NCBI GenBank assembly: GCA_951406725.2
Contig: OX597814.1
Coordinates: 49,104,001 to 49,168,000, forward strand
Direction: 5' to 3'
Source of the DNA: Octopus vulgaris
Taxonomy: Eukaryota
Length of the DNA: 64,000 bases
Within the stretch, counting starts at the first letter, position 1, and every line of letters begins with the position of its first letter. Shown here piece after piece: positions 24,440 through 36,906 of this stretch. Position numbers and translations under genes: made by a program. Below the pieces are notes generated by a model. The model did no database searches, was not told the origin of the DNA, and saw nothing but the letters and a program-made list of their open reading frames with translations.

Positions 24440-25905
24440 ACCTGGAAGCTAGGGATACATGACTGGTTTGTGAGAGCTGTACAAATCATGTACAGGGATG
24501 CTGATAGTAAAGTGAAAGTTGGCAACGAGTATAACAATGAATTCAGTGTACAAGTAGGAGTCAACCAAGGATCAGTTCACAGTCCACTCTTGTTTATCTT
24601 AGTCTCCCAGGACTTAACAGAGGAACTGAAGACAGGCTGTTCCTGGAAGCTCCCCTAAAAGGATGACCTTGTTCTTATAGCTGAATTACTGCCTAATCTA
24701 GAGAAGAAAGTTCAGGTGTGGAAGCAAAGCCTTGAATCTTAGAGTTAAGCCTTAGAGTTAATTTAGCAAAAACCAAAGTCATAGTAAGTAAGAAAACAGA
24801 CAAATCACAAGTACCTTCTGGGAGATGACCCTGTTCAATACGTAAGAAGGGTTTTGGTAGAAACTTCATACATTGTATGCAGTGCAAGCTTTGGACACAT
24901 AGGAGATGTAGTGGTATCACAGGAAGGTTAACGGAGAATATATTGTTTTTGTGTGTGACAAATATGCAGGTACAATAAGCACTAAAAATACACAGACAAA
25001 AGATTCCCTCAAATGTTCAGGGGGATAATTAGAAGTAGTAGTTAACTTCTTTTACCTTGGAAACCAAGTTAGCAGTGGTGGAGGAAGTTCTGAAAGTGCT
25101 TGAATAAGAACGTGTTGGGCAAAGTTCAGAGAGCTTCTACCTTTGTTGGTAACTAAGGGCCTCTCCCTCAGAATGAAAGGCAGATTGTATGATGCCTGTG
25201 TACATACAGCTATGCTACGTGGCAGTGAAACATGGGCTTTGACTACAGAGAGCTTGTGAACGCTTGAAAGAAATGAAGTTAGCATGGTCTGGTAGATGGG
25301 TAATATCAATGTGCATACACAACAGAGTGTAAACAATTTAAGAGGAAAACCGAGTATAAGAGACATCAGATGTTATGTGCAAGAGAGAAGACTTTGCTGG
25401 TTTGGTCATGTGATGTGTATGAATGAGGACAGCTGTGTAAAGAAGTGCTGAGCTGTAATTGTGGAGGGTACCTGTGGAAGGGGTAGACCCATGAAGATAT
25501 ATGAGAAAGGATCTTTGGATGCTGGACTTCACTCGAAATGACAAGGGACTTGGAGATGTGGTGATTTGCTGTACTTGACAAGACACATTAAGCTAAGTAA
25601 AATCTTCCTCATACATGCTTGTCCTTTTAGGTGCCAGTGCCACATAAAGAGCACCCACTCATGCCAGTGCCACATAAACACACCTGTGCTGGTACTGCAT
25701 AAATGCACCCATGCTGGTGGCACATTAAAAGCGCCCAGCACACTCTGTTAAGTAGTATGTGTTAGGAGGGGCATCCAGCTGTAGTAACCATGCCACAACT
25801 GACAATTGAAGACTGGACATCTTCCAGCTGGCCAGTTCCATGTCAAACCATCCAACCCATGCCAGCACGGAATATGGTCATTAAACGATGGCAATGATTA
25901 TGATG
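24440..25905 (+). mobile_element. RTE LINE, 5'-truncated RT pseudogene plus 3' UTR
   Basis: KLGIHDWFVRAVQIMY...GVNQGSVHSPLLF, then KGRLYDACV.TAMLRGSETW and WFGHV with stops and frameshifts. Ends in a GAT tail. Confidence 0.85.
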
Positions 25906-26065
25906 ATATGTTTTAGTAGACAGTAGTAGGGGCCGTCCAAGGAAAATTTTACATTTGCTTGTTTGTCTTGACAATGTGATGTTTCACGGAAATGTCTCAA
26001 GGTTGTGATAAATGGTGATACCCCACTCTTTATACTCATTCAACCCATTTGAGCATGGGCAAAAA

Positions 26066-26249
26066 TAATGATGATGATGATAGTGGTGAGGAGGAGGAGG
26101 AGGAGGAGGAGGAGGAGGGGGATATGGTAGTGGTGGTAGTGGAATTAGTAGTGAAGTTGGAATTGGTAGTGACAGTAGAATCCGTAGTAGCAATGGTGGT
26201 GATGATTGGTGATGATGGAGGCAATGGCATTGGCAATGATGTTACTGCT

Positions 26250-26280
<31 letters not shown>

Positions 26281-26330
26281 ATATGATAATGATGACAATG
26301 ATGATGATGGTGGTGGTGGTGTTAGTGGTA
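26066..26330. repeat. Compound trinucleotide microsatellite (GAT/GAG/GGT/GCT)
   Basis: Direct inspection. Confidence 0.9.
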
Positions 26331-27911
26331 ACACAAACATATAGACAAGTAGGTTTACATCTATGCACTTACATACACAACTGAACATAAAATCTTGCAT
26401 CAAACAAGCTGCTCATGTATTTTTAATTATTAACATTATTATTGCATAGCTGGATACCAAGATTGTTTTACTTATTTTCTTCTTTTTTTTCTTTCTCTTT
26501 CCATTTAAAAAAATTTTTTTGTGTCAAGTTTTCTGACAATAACATCTGTTAATTCCCTTTAGGTCTCTCTTTAACTGCAGTTAAGTACCCAGGGAAAATA
26601 TCAGATATGATTTTCCTGCCGGAATATGAATATTCCATTGTGAATGAGAGATGTTAACCATCTCAATTAAGTAGATCATATGCAAAATGAAACGAAAGTA
26701 ACTGTTATCATAATAGCCGAAATTTATGGTAAAGTGCTAATGTCTTGAGAAACTATTTAATTCAGTCAAGTTTTCACACAACTAGCTTTCAGAGAATGAT
26801 CTCTAAAATAATAAAACTAATAATATGTATCAAATATCAAATTGATGACATATGTTATTCAAATGGTGCTTTATATCTGTGTATATGATTGCATGTGTGT
26901 ATGTGTTTGCATGTGTATACAACGATAAAAACACACACACACATATATATTACTAAACTTCATGTATATGAGTGTGTAAGTATTCATACAGACACACATA
27001 TACACATGCACACATGCACAAACACACAGATGCAGATATAGCTATTCACACAGGTGCACATGCATGCACATGTAAATAGGTAAATATGTATGAGAGATGC
27101 ATACACATGTGTGTGTGTGTGTGTGTGTGTGTGAATACATACATACACACACAAACATATGTAAAGTACAGTTAAGTCAGCTGTCACTTGCTAGCAAGTA
27201 TGGGTTGATAACATGTAGCATGCTTCTGCTAATTGTTTTGGGTGCCTATGTAGTCGCAAGCTCCTTCACCTTTAATTCAGTAGAACATCCAAGTTGTAAC
27301 ATGTAGGAGGAGGGAGGTAAACTGCACCTGTACATGTTTGGTGCTCATTGCAACTGAGCTAGAGTGGAGAAATGTGAAATGAAATGCCTTGCTCAAGGAT
27401 GCAATGCTCGAACAGAAATTGAACACATAACCCTAAGATCATGAACCAAGAACTTTAGCAACTAGGCCACATGTCTTCACATATGCATACACATACATAC
27501 ATGCATATATACCTGTAATTATTGGGACACTAGGATATGTAACACACTTTCTAAATAACAATCTTGAGAAATTAGGCTTCTCAAAACCAGAAAGGAGGAA
27601 GCTGATTTAAAGACTACAGATCCAAGCCATCACTGGAACTGTGAAAATATGTAAAAGTTACCTGAAGTTTATCATTTAAGTATATATGAGCATATCTAGG
27701 TATGGAAGTATATGCATGAGAAGACATATATAAAACAAAACATACAAATCTGCATGTATACATACATACATACATACATACATACATACATACCCTGTTG
27801 ATGTTGAAATTCTTATGAAGGAGCCTTGGATCTAGGTTAGAAACCAGCTCTTTATTGGCAAGAAATCTTGAAATAAAACCGAATAACGTCATACATATAT
27901 ACATACCTACA

Positions 27912-28051
27912 AAGAAGAAGGGGGGATGGGGAGGAAGAGGAGGAGGAGGAGGAGGAGAAGGAGGAGGAGGAGGAGAAGGAGGAGGAGAAGAAGAAGAAGA
28001 AGAAGAAGAAGAAGAAGAAGAAGAAGAAGAAGAAGAAGAAGAAGAAGAAGA
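27912..28051. repeat. Polypurine (GGA)n/(GAA)n tract
   Basis: Direct inspection. Confidence 0.95.
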
Positions 28052-29675
28052 AAACACTATAAAGTTACAGGAAGAGACAACATAGTTAAAATATTCATTT
28101 AAGTTATTGACTTTAAATGAGTAGGTGGTGGAGGAAAAGTTTGGTGCAATATTTCATATATCCAAATATTTTAAATATTCAAATATCATTTAAACTCATA
28201 CATTTATACATATACATATCAATGCAATCAAACAGTTGTATTAATACAGTATATAAATAATGTTTTAGTGGTTAAAATAGAAATACAACGTATCACCTAA
28301 GATTCAAACTGTATAGCTTTTAAACAAAGAATATTCTTAGCTTAATGCACTAAAATATGATTTTTTTCAAAACTGACTTTTTATAAAACTGGCACCTAAC
28401 TGCCAAAAATTAAACTATTTGCTCTAATAATCAAATTATCATCTTTTGTCATCATTTTAACAGCTAATGTTCTATGCAGGCATAGGTTGGTTCAGTCTGC
28501 AGTGCGGCCTAATACAAATTTTGCTGGGTACTTTCTGTTGTTGGTTTACATCACTTGTTACCTAACAGATGTTATCCATTAGAAAATTCTTAAATTTACC
28601 ATAAATTAACATCACTCTTTTGAATTTAAAACATAGCAAAAGAAAAAAAAGAAAAAATAAGATGTTGAAAATTATGTTAAAAAGCAACTCATGTGCTTTA
28701 TTCACCCATTATTTATTTGAATAATGACCCCTCTCCCTTCTACATACACATCAGCTAATTCAATAAATACATTTCTTCTGTTCTAAAAGACAATTGTCAA
28801 ATGATAATATATTTTTTTAACTGAAGCAACATTGTCATATATTAAGACTTTCATTCATGAGTAAACTATAGCATTTAGCTAGGGACAATAAAGAAATCAA
28901 ATATGTACTGAGTGAATAAATAAACAGATAAATCAATAAACATGCTATTTGCTCTTTTGTTACCATATTTTGCCTTTGTTTCAATTAATGTTGAAAATAA
29001 TGGAGAATTTAGTAAAACAACTTTGTCTTTCTTAAGCTGGTGTTTTGAACATTATTTGATGTGAAATTATAATGGAAGAATTTTATCACTTTAAAGATGG
29101 AAATTTATATCAAAGAATCAAGAACAACCTCAGGTTGATTGGCATCAAAAGGGTTAACCCTTTTGATACCAACCCGGCCAAAACCACCTCTGGCTCTGTG
29201 GTGCAAATGTCTTACTTTCATAAGTATTGAATTAAAATCTTCTACCAAACCTTAGTCACAATTTATGTTCCCAACACTAGCTTGATGATAACTAAGTTCT
29301 TTTACTAAATTCTTTGTTATATTTAAAGTAATTGAAAGAAACACAAAGCATCTCAAAATAAATACGGTAACGAAAGGGAGAGAGGCAGTGAATTGACAGA
29401 ATTATTAAAGGACCAAATACAACACATTAGGGTATTTGTTCAGGCTTCCTGACCTATAAGTTCAAATCCCACAAAAGTCTACTTTGTTTTTCAACCCTCT
29501 GAGGTTGATAAATAATGAACCAATCAAGTAGTGGGGTTAATTTCCCATTTTTGATTGAAATTGGTTATGAACTGGTGGAGAAGAGAAGTCACTAAAAACC
29601 TGTTCTTATTAGACTAGGTCTTTGACAGAATCCACAAAGACAGGCACCAGCAGATTAAGCAACAACCCTAGATGG

Positions 29676-29676
<1 letters not shown>

Positions 29677-29729
<53 letters not shown>

Positions 29730-30141
29730 GGCAGTTTGTCTGTCTGTGTGTCTGTGTGTCTGTCAGGTTGTACCCTCACCCTGACCACGGCTTTCAACCG
29801 ATTCTGATGAAACTTGACACACACATAGCCCAATGTCATAATTCAAAACTAACGCAGCAAAAATTTTGAAAAGTTCTCCCAGTTCTGAAAAAAATCGATA
29901 AATTCGACATGGGGTCGAGAATCTAAGCTTTTTATATGCAACACATTTTCTGTCTAGGGGACACAACTCGACAGCTAGGGACAGCTAGGAACATCGTATA
30001 CACAGAAGTATTCGAGTGAAGAGAAGACATTGCAACCTACACATGCGCCTTCGTTCCCTAGAGGGAAAGGACTAGATTGGGATCAGTCATTGCCTACTAG
30101 GGGCTCTTACATACCCGGGAAACGCCGGGCTATGCTGCTAG
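29677..30141 (+). mobile_element. Non-autonomous Helitron
   Basis: Starts in (TA)n with AAACGGCAGTTTGTCTGTCTGTG and AACCGATTCTGATGAAACTT. 3' hairpin CCCGGGAAACGCCGGG (30114-30129), then CTAG (30138-30141) followed by T. Confidence 0.8.
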
Positions 30142-30149
30142 TATATATA

Positions 30150-30579
30150 TAAAACACAAAGTAAGTTAGGGGTTATGGGTATAACCCACTAAGGGATAGT
30201 ATTTATCCAATATACTGTTGGTAAAGTACCCAGATTCTTAATACATAAATGTTTTTAATTGCAATGCAATTAACTTATTTATTGTATTAAACAAGTGAAG
30301 GCAAAGAAATATTTTACTGTTAATTTATAATACAAATAAGAAAATGGAGAAACAAATTTAGTTTGTTCAACTTTCAGATATTAGAATGGTAGATTATTTA
30401 TTCCTTTAACAAAATGAGAACCTCAATAGCATACATATATATCTTATAATTCAAATAAGATATATATGTATGCTATTAAGGTTCTCATTTTGTTAAATGA
30501 TTAAATAATCCAACATTCTAATATCTGAAAGTTGATGAACAATCTAAATTTGTTTCTCCATTTTCTTATTTGTATTATA
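30150..30579. mobile_element. PLE-terminus-derived element ending in a ~120-bp-arm foldback (30326-30579)
   Basis: 30160-30310 is homologous to 34990-35135. The inverted arms end in TCTCCATTTTCTTAT, the same 3' terminus as at 35237-35252 and 60244-60258. Confidence 0.7.
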
Positions 30580-31507
30580 TATATCTTTTTCTTGTTTCAG
30601 TCATTAGACTGTGGCCATACTGGGGCATATATGTTGCTATAGAAATAGGGTAGCTGAAGGTAGCAGTGATGTTGCTGCTTCTGCTGCTTAGTCCTAGACC
30701 AGTCCCAATTGATCAATGATCAAGATCATTCCATTTATTTTATCCAGATATAAATATATAAATCATATGTGTAAATATATAATTATTCAAACTACTCTTT
30801 GTTTCCTGAGATGAAAGAGATTGGGCTGCTTTTTCAAGCAGACCAAATGACCACATAGAGGCACCTTCATTGACTTAGTGGTGGTAAATCTATCTGTTTA
30901 GAGAGATGCATTGTTAAGAAACCTGATCATGTCCTTTACGATCTGTTATCTTAATTTATTCACCTTGCCAATTCATTCTAATATCAGATTGACAGCCATG
31001 CTTCCTCTTCTCACAGGGAACTAAATTAAAGCAAGAAAAACATGATCTCACGGATTAGATGATTTCTAGGAAATTCCAACCTGTCTCACTTCATGTAATC
31101 TCTCATACATAAAACATTTTTGATTAGGACCTTTTGAGTCATGTTCTTCCACAGACAACATACCTTTGTGCACCATTAACATAATGTTTATTTCTATAAA
31201 TGTCATCAAGTTTCTGCTGCCTTTTTAAACCTTTCTCTCTTTCTTTTACATTCAAAATTTCCTTCCTCACAATCATGCTATGGCTGCATTCTTATTTCCT
31301 CTATCCCTTTTACCTTTCAGGTCTTTCGTTCTTGGAAACCTGCATTTTGAGATATATTTCAAATTAATACAGCCGATGGAACCTGATGTGGCCCTTGACC
31401 TTGCCAGCACCTGTAAAGCCATCCAGCAAATGTCAGGATGGAAAATGGATGTTAAATGACATGATATCAAGACAAGGAGCCACAAAGACATACACATGCA
31501 TGCACAT

Positions 31508-31562
<55 letters not shown>

Positions 31563-32049
31563 TGCATGCACGCACACATACACACACACACACACAAACA
31601 TGCACACACATACAACAGGCTTCTTTCAGTCTACCAAATCCACAAACAAGGCTTTGGTCAGCCTGGTGGTACAGTAGAAGATACTTGTCCAAGTTGCAAT
31701 GCAGCAGGACTGAACTGAAAACTATATGGTTGAGAAGTGAATTTCTTAACCACACAGCTAAGCTGGTGTCTGTATAAATAAGTACCAGTTACACACTGGG
31801 GTTGATATAATCGACTTAATCCGTTTACCTGTCCTTGTTTGTTGTCGCCTCTGTGTGTAGCCCCTTGTGGACAGTAAAGAAATAGGTATATGTATATATC
31901 TAAAAAAAAATGGTTTCAACATTGTCATAGATATTTTAGGGGAGAGGAAGAATACAAACACACACACACACACATGTGTGTATATATCAGTTTGTATGAC
32001 TAATCTATGGTTAGAGAATGGTAACCGGTTCAATAATCTGTATTAATAT

Positions 32050-32950
32050 GTATGGTTTGGAGTGATCTGGGAAGCAAAAGATGACTACCAAACTACCTTA
32101 GATATTTGATATGTGTATGAGTGCCATTAATGAGATCAGAACTTTTGATAGATATAGAGCCATTCAACTTTTAACAGTCTGAGAGAAATGAAAATGGTAC
32201 TGGGCATGAATGATAGTTGGAAGTTGAAGTGAAAAAGATCCTCTGAGATTTAAAAGGGAAGATCTGAGCATGAATGGTCGTTGGATGTGCAAGTCTATAA
32301 GTTGTTTATGTTTTTAGAGGGACAACATGAACAGATTTTAATATACTTTTAGAACTCACTGGAATAGTGCAGAGGTATCAGGTGAATATAAGAGTGCATA
32401 AGAACAATTTATCATGTTCTTACAATTTTGATTAACTAATAAATTAATGAGGACCAAGTGCAACTAAGTAAATTGTATTTAAATAGAACATTAATTAGAT
32501 TAAAATATCAGTTAGTATAGAATGTCCATGTAATATGGTTGCTGGCCGCAGAGAATATAAATCAGCTCAAATAGAAAAAGTAGACAGGGACCCAGTCTCT
32601 GATAGTTTAACGTCATGTATCATTAGAAACCAAATTACAGAATAAATTAAGGAAAACAAGAGCGGAAATGTTAAATAGAAGTTTAGAAGTGGAGTGAGTT
32701 GATAGGTTAATGAAATTTTTGAATATCACAGCACCATTGAAGTAGAAGTGGCAAAAATGACTTTAGTCTGTTTAGATCCTACCAAATAGGAATACTATAT
32801 CATTAGATCTAAGATGTGTATGCTAAAACTGAAGGGATGAAAAATGGTTTGTAGGAATTAAGAGCTAGTGAACAGCTCAGTGCAGATTGTGGAGTTTGTT
32901 GGGATAGGTGAGCCAACAACAGTTAAATCTAAAGACTGCAGTTGCTGACA
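32050..32950 (-). mobile_element. Very old LINE RT remnant (CR1/L2-like), tentative
   Basis: Only faint FGF and HDKL-like motifs on the minus strand, with many stops. Confidence 0.25.
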
Positions 32951-33169
32951 CCAAAAGCAGAACTATAAGATGAAAGTTGATGAATGTTTATTTCAATAAC
33001 CTCTCACTGAGAGTCAGTGGCACACACTACAAATTTCATTCATATATATTACATATATCCATCTTCAGTTGGCCAATATGCACTGCAACTAATAACTATA
33101 ACATTCTGTATTGCCTGATCCAAAGCGTGTTGTTTTTCTCAATCAATTATAACCACTACTGCACATTAG

Positions 33170-33650
33170 TGTTACCCCGAGGCTTGGCCTCTGATCCATG
33201 AACCTCACAAATGCTGCTGCAGATCCACAGTGGATTCTTTCAATCTGCACCCATTGTCATGTCCCTATAGTGCTGGATGCCTTTCATGCCATGCCACCCT
33301 TAACAAAATCACGAAACATGGCCTAAACACCACAAGTTTCCTTTCCCAGCTCAAGCCAGTGGAGCTAGACCAAGAGGATGGTAAAAGGCCCAACAGTATG
33401 ACAATTTTCCTATTCTATGGTGACATGCCTCTCATTTGGGATGCCACATGCTGTGAACACCTTCTCCAGCAGCAATTTGGTATGTTCAGCTACCAGCCCA
33501 GGCTCCACTGCTAGTCAGGCTGAGATCAGGGCAGAGCTGACTATCTGCAAGTGTGAACCCCATAAGTCAGAGTCACTGTTCCAGTGAATCTTCCTCATCG
33601 TCCTCCAGGGCAGTGCCTTTTCCATTTTGTCTGCTGGGACCATGAGGTGG
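33170..33650 (+). mobile_element. CRE-like RLE non-LTR retrotransposon remnant (zinc knuckle plus RPD endonuclease)
   Basis: ORF 33230-33514: HPLSC..SAG...H.TLN...L.PV.L...DGKRP..MT......LIWDATC. Confidence 0.7.
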
Positions 33651-34155
33651 TCTGAATTACAGGAAATGGAGAGAATGAAAGAATTTTGTAGCTTATTACC
33701 TGTTGTTGGCCATTTTATAATAAATTATTATTGTAGTAGTTTTTTGTCAGAACCAAAACTAAATGTACTACACTAAATGTTTCAGAATTTAGTTTCCATC
33801 TCTTTTCATCTTCATTTGAAATTCTACTTTGTTGTTCTAACTAATTAACAAATAAGTGCCTGTAATATAATGGAATCAACTATACTTACACACCCTACAA
33901 ATTTGTGGCTTTGTATAAAATCAGGTAGAGTAGCAAAATCAACAAGATATTTGTATGAATTTGTTAATAAATGAGTAACACTTGATTTATATCTTAAGAC
34001 TTCATGCTAATTTCACTAATTAATATTTATCCAAGGAATTCAAGTTCAGCGAGTGAGATAAACACACGCACACATGTATATATATATATATATATATATA
34101 GGAGATGTACTCGCATAGCAAGTAATTTGATCTGAGATCGTGTGCTGAAACGAAA

Positions 34156-34437
34156 ACAATTGCAGCGTGGAAGGTGTTTATAAGCCATTTAAGAAACACA
34201 CAAAAGCCGTTCGATTCACTTCAACATTTAAGTTTAATTTGTCAAAATATTTTCGTTGCTAAAATCCACGACCTGTTCACTGACAAAGTCCGATGCAGCA
34301 CGGACTTTGTCAGTGAACAGGTCGTGGATTTTAGCAACGAAAATATTTTGACAAATTAAACTTAAATGTTGAAGTGAATCGAACGGCTTTTGTGTGTTTC
34401 TTAAATGGCTTATAAACACCTTCCACGCTGCAATTGT
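34156..34437. repeat. Perfect palindrome, 137-bp arms (34156-34292 / 34301-34437), 8-nt loop, in a (TA)n-flanked element (34101-34437)
   Basis: ACAATTGCAGCGTGG...CAAAGTCCG / CGGACTTTG...CCACGCTGCAATTGT. Confidence 0.95.
34306..34355 (+). ncRNA. Minimal type I hammerhead with G3-C8 swapped core; mirror copy on the minus strand at 34238-34287
   Basis: Stem I UUUGUCA/UGACAAA; core GUGAACA; stem II GUCGU...GCAAC (one mismatch); GAAA; palindromic AAUAUU; U17. Confidence 0.6.
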
Positions 34438-34489
34438 ATATATATATATATATATATACTTATATTCATATAAGCTTGAGTATGTGTGT

Positions 34490-34502
34490 AGATAGATAGA
34501 TG

Positions 34503-34579
<77 letters not shown>

Positions 34580-34690
34580 GTGGATGGATGGATGGATGGA
34601 TGGATGGGTGGATGGGTGGATGGATGGATGGAGACAGACAGACAAGCATACGGACGGACAGACAGACAGATAGACAGACAGGCAGACAGA
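34490..34690. repeat. Compound tetranucleotide microsatellite (GATA/GGAT/GACA)
   Basis: Direct inspection. Confidence 0.95.
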
Positions 34691-34980
34691 AATATGGGAA
34701 GTACAAAAGGAAATAATGTCCACACACACTAGCAGAGCACTGATTTCAAAATAGGAAATAGAAATATGGGAAATGCTATAAGTGTGGGAAATATTACACT
34801 TTACACACACACACACACACACACATTATAAATGTGTGTGTAAGCACATATTCATCCATATTGATGCATATATGTATATACATATATCTATATATTTATA
34901 TCATAATTCATCATCATTTAAAATCTTTTTACCATGCTGGCATCAATATATGTAAATGCATATATATATATATATATATA

Positions 34981-35248
34981 TACAAATTGAGATAGGGGTT
35001 GTAAATGCAACCCTCCATGGGATAACATATATCCAATATACTGCTAGTGAAGTACCCAACAAAGTTAATACATGAATGTTAAGAATTGCGATGCAATTAA
35101 TTCATTTACTGTATTATATGGGCAAAGGTAAAATGTATACATATACCATATCCATTCATAGAGATTCTTATGTGGTGGTTTAATAAAGTATGTGATTGGG
35201 TATTATCTGGTAATTGATATTTGATTTGGATGTATTTCTCCATTTTCT

Positions 35249-35255
<7 letters not shown>
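34981..35255 (+). mobile_element. Short non-autonomous PLE-related element in (TA)n
   Basis: 35166-35252 matches the PLE 3' end at 60173-60258 (CTTATGTGGTGGTTTAATAAAGTATGTGATTG...). The 5' part matches 30160-30310. Confidence 0.7.
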
Positions 35256-35291
<36 letters not shown>

Positions 35292-35589
35292 AAAAGGATG
35301 GTTGAATGGCTAAAAAGTTCCTTTTGCAATCATAAAGTCACAGGTTCAATTCCAGTACACAGAATCTTTTACCATAGCCTTAAGTCAGCCCCAAGAATGT
35401 GGATCCTCATTGGAGGATCTGTAATTACAATTCAAAGAGTCAGACTGTCTCCTTGAGAACATTGTTAAGAGTACATATGTTTTTGAAATTCTCACAGCAT
35501 AATTCAATAAACAATTAAAATACTCATCACTGAAACCTACGGAGGTCTACTATATATCATCACTGAAACCTACGGAGGTCTACTATATG

Positions 35590-36873
35590 CATCATCATCA
35601 TCATCATCGTTTAACGTCCGTTCTCCATGCTAGCATGGGTTGGACGGTTCGACCGGGGGTTCTGGGAAGCCAGAAGGCTGCACCAGGCTCCAGTCTAATC
35701 TGGCAATGTTTCTACAGCTGGATGCCCTTCCTAACGCCAACCACTCCGTGAGTGTAGTGGGTGCTTTTTACGTGCCACCTGCACAGGTGCCAGGCGAGGC
35801 TGGCAACGGCCACGGTCAGATTGGTGTATTTTATGTGCCACCGGCACGGAAGCCAGTCGAGGCGGTGCTGGCATCGGCCACGAGTCGGATAGTGCTTTTT
35901 ACGTACCACCAGACCAGGGATCCTGGCTGGTTCAATTCGATTTCGATTTTGATTTTTGATTTCGCTTGCCCCAACATGTCTTCACAAGCAAAGGGGGTTG
36001 GCATGGGTGCCTGTCGTACGGTCGCATTGGAGTATTTTACGTGCCACAGCCACGAGTCGGATAGTGCTTTTTACGTACCACCAGACCAGGGATCCTGGCA
36101 GGTTCAATTCGATTTCGATTTCGCTTGCCCCAACATGTCTTCACAAGCAAAGGGGGTTGGCATGGGTGCCTGTCGTACGGTCGCATTGGAGTATTTTACG
36201 TGCCACAGCCACGAGTCAGATAGTGCTTTTTACGTACCACCAGGCCAGGGATCCTGGCTGGTTCAATTCGGTTTCGCTTGCCCCCAACATGTCTTCGCAA
36301 GCATGGGGGGTTGGCATGGGTGTCTGTCGTCGGATGAGGTTCTATATCGACTTCGCTTGCCTCAACAGGTCTTTGTGTCCAAGGGAGGAAAGGCATTCAT
36401 AAGTGGGCTGGGCTCACTTGTCCTGCCTGGTCTTCTCACGTACAGAATATTTCCAAAGGTCTCGGTCGCTGGTCATTTCCTCAGTGAGACCTAAAGTTCG
36501 AAGGTCGTGCTTCACCACCTCGTCCCAGGTTTTCCTGGGTCTACCTCTTCCACGGGTTCCCTCAATTGCTAGGGATTGGCACTTTCTCACACACCTATCT
36601 TCATCCATTCTCGCCACATGACCATACCAGCGCAATCGTCTCTCTTGCACACCACAACTGATGCTTCTTAGGTACAACATTTCTCTCAAGGTGCTAACGC
36701 TCTGTCGAGTATGTACACTGACATTACACATCCATCGGAGCATACTGGCTTCATTCCTCACGAGCTTACGCATGTCCTCAGCAGTCACGGCCCATGTTTC
36801 GCTGCCATGTAGCATGGCTGTTCGTACACACGCATCATACAGTCTGCCTTTTACTCTGAGCGAGAGGCCTTTA

Positions 36874-36874
<1 letters not shown>
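35590..36874 (-). mobile_element. RTE LINE 3' portion (young), with tandem 172/159-bp duplications in the 3' UTR
   Basis: ORF 36414-36815: LHGSETW...MLRWMC...RLRWYGHVARM...RGRGRPRKTW. UTR units start at 35877, 36049 and 36208. (GAT)n tail. Confidence 0.92.

Positions 36875-36904
<30 letters not shown>

Positions 36905-36906
<2 letters not shown>

Noticed and set aside
29804-29820. CTGATGAAAC in the Helitron, and CTGATGA at ~57640 inside the PLE ORF
   Set aside because: No compatible stems.
35640-36494. 284-aa plus-strand ORF, the longest in the track
   Set aside because: Antisense to an RTE 3' UTR and lengthened by tandem duplications; no protein motifs.
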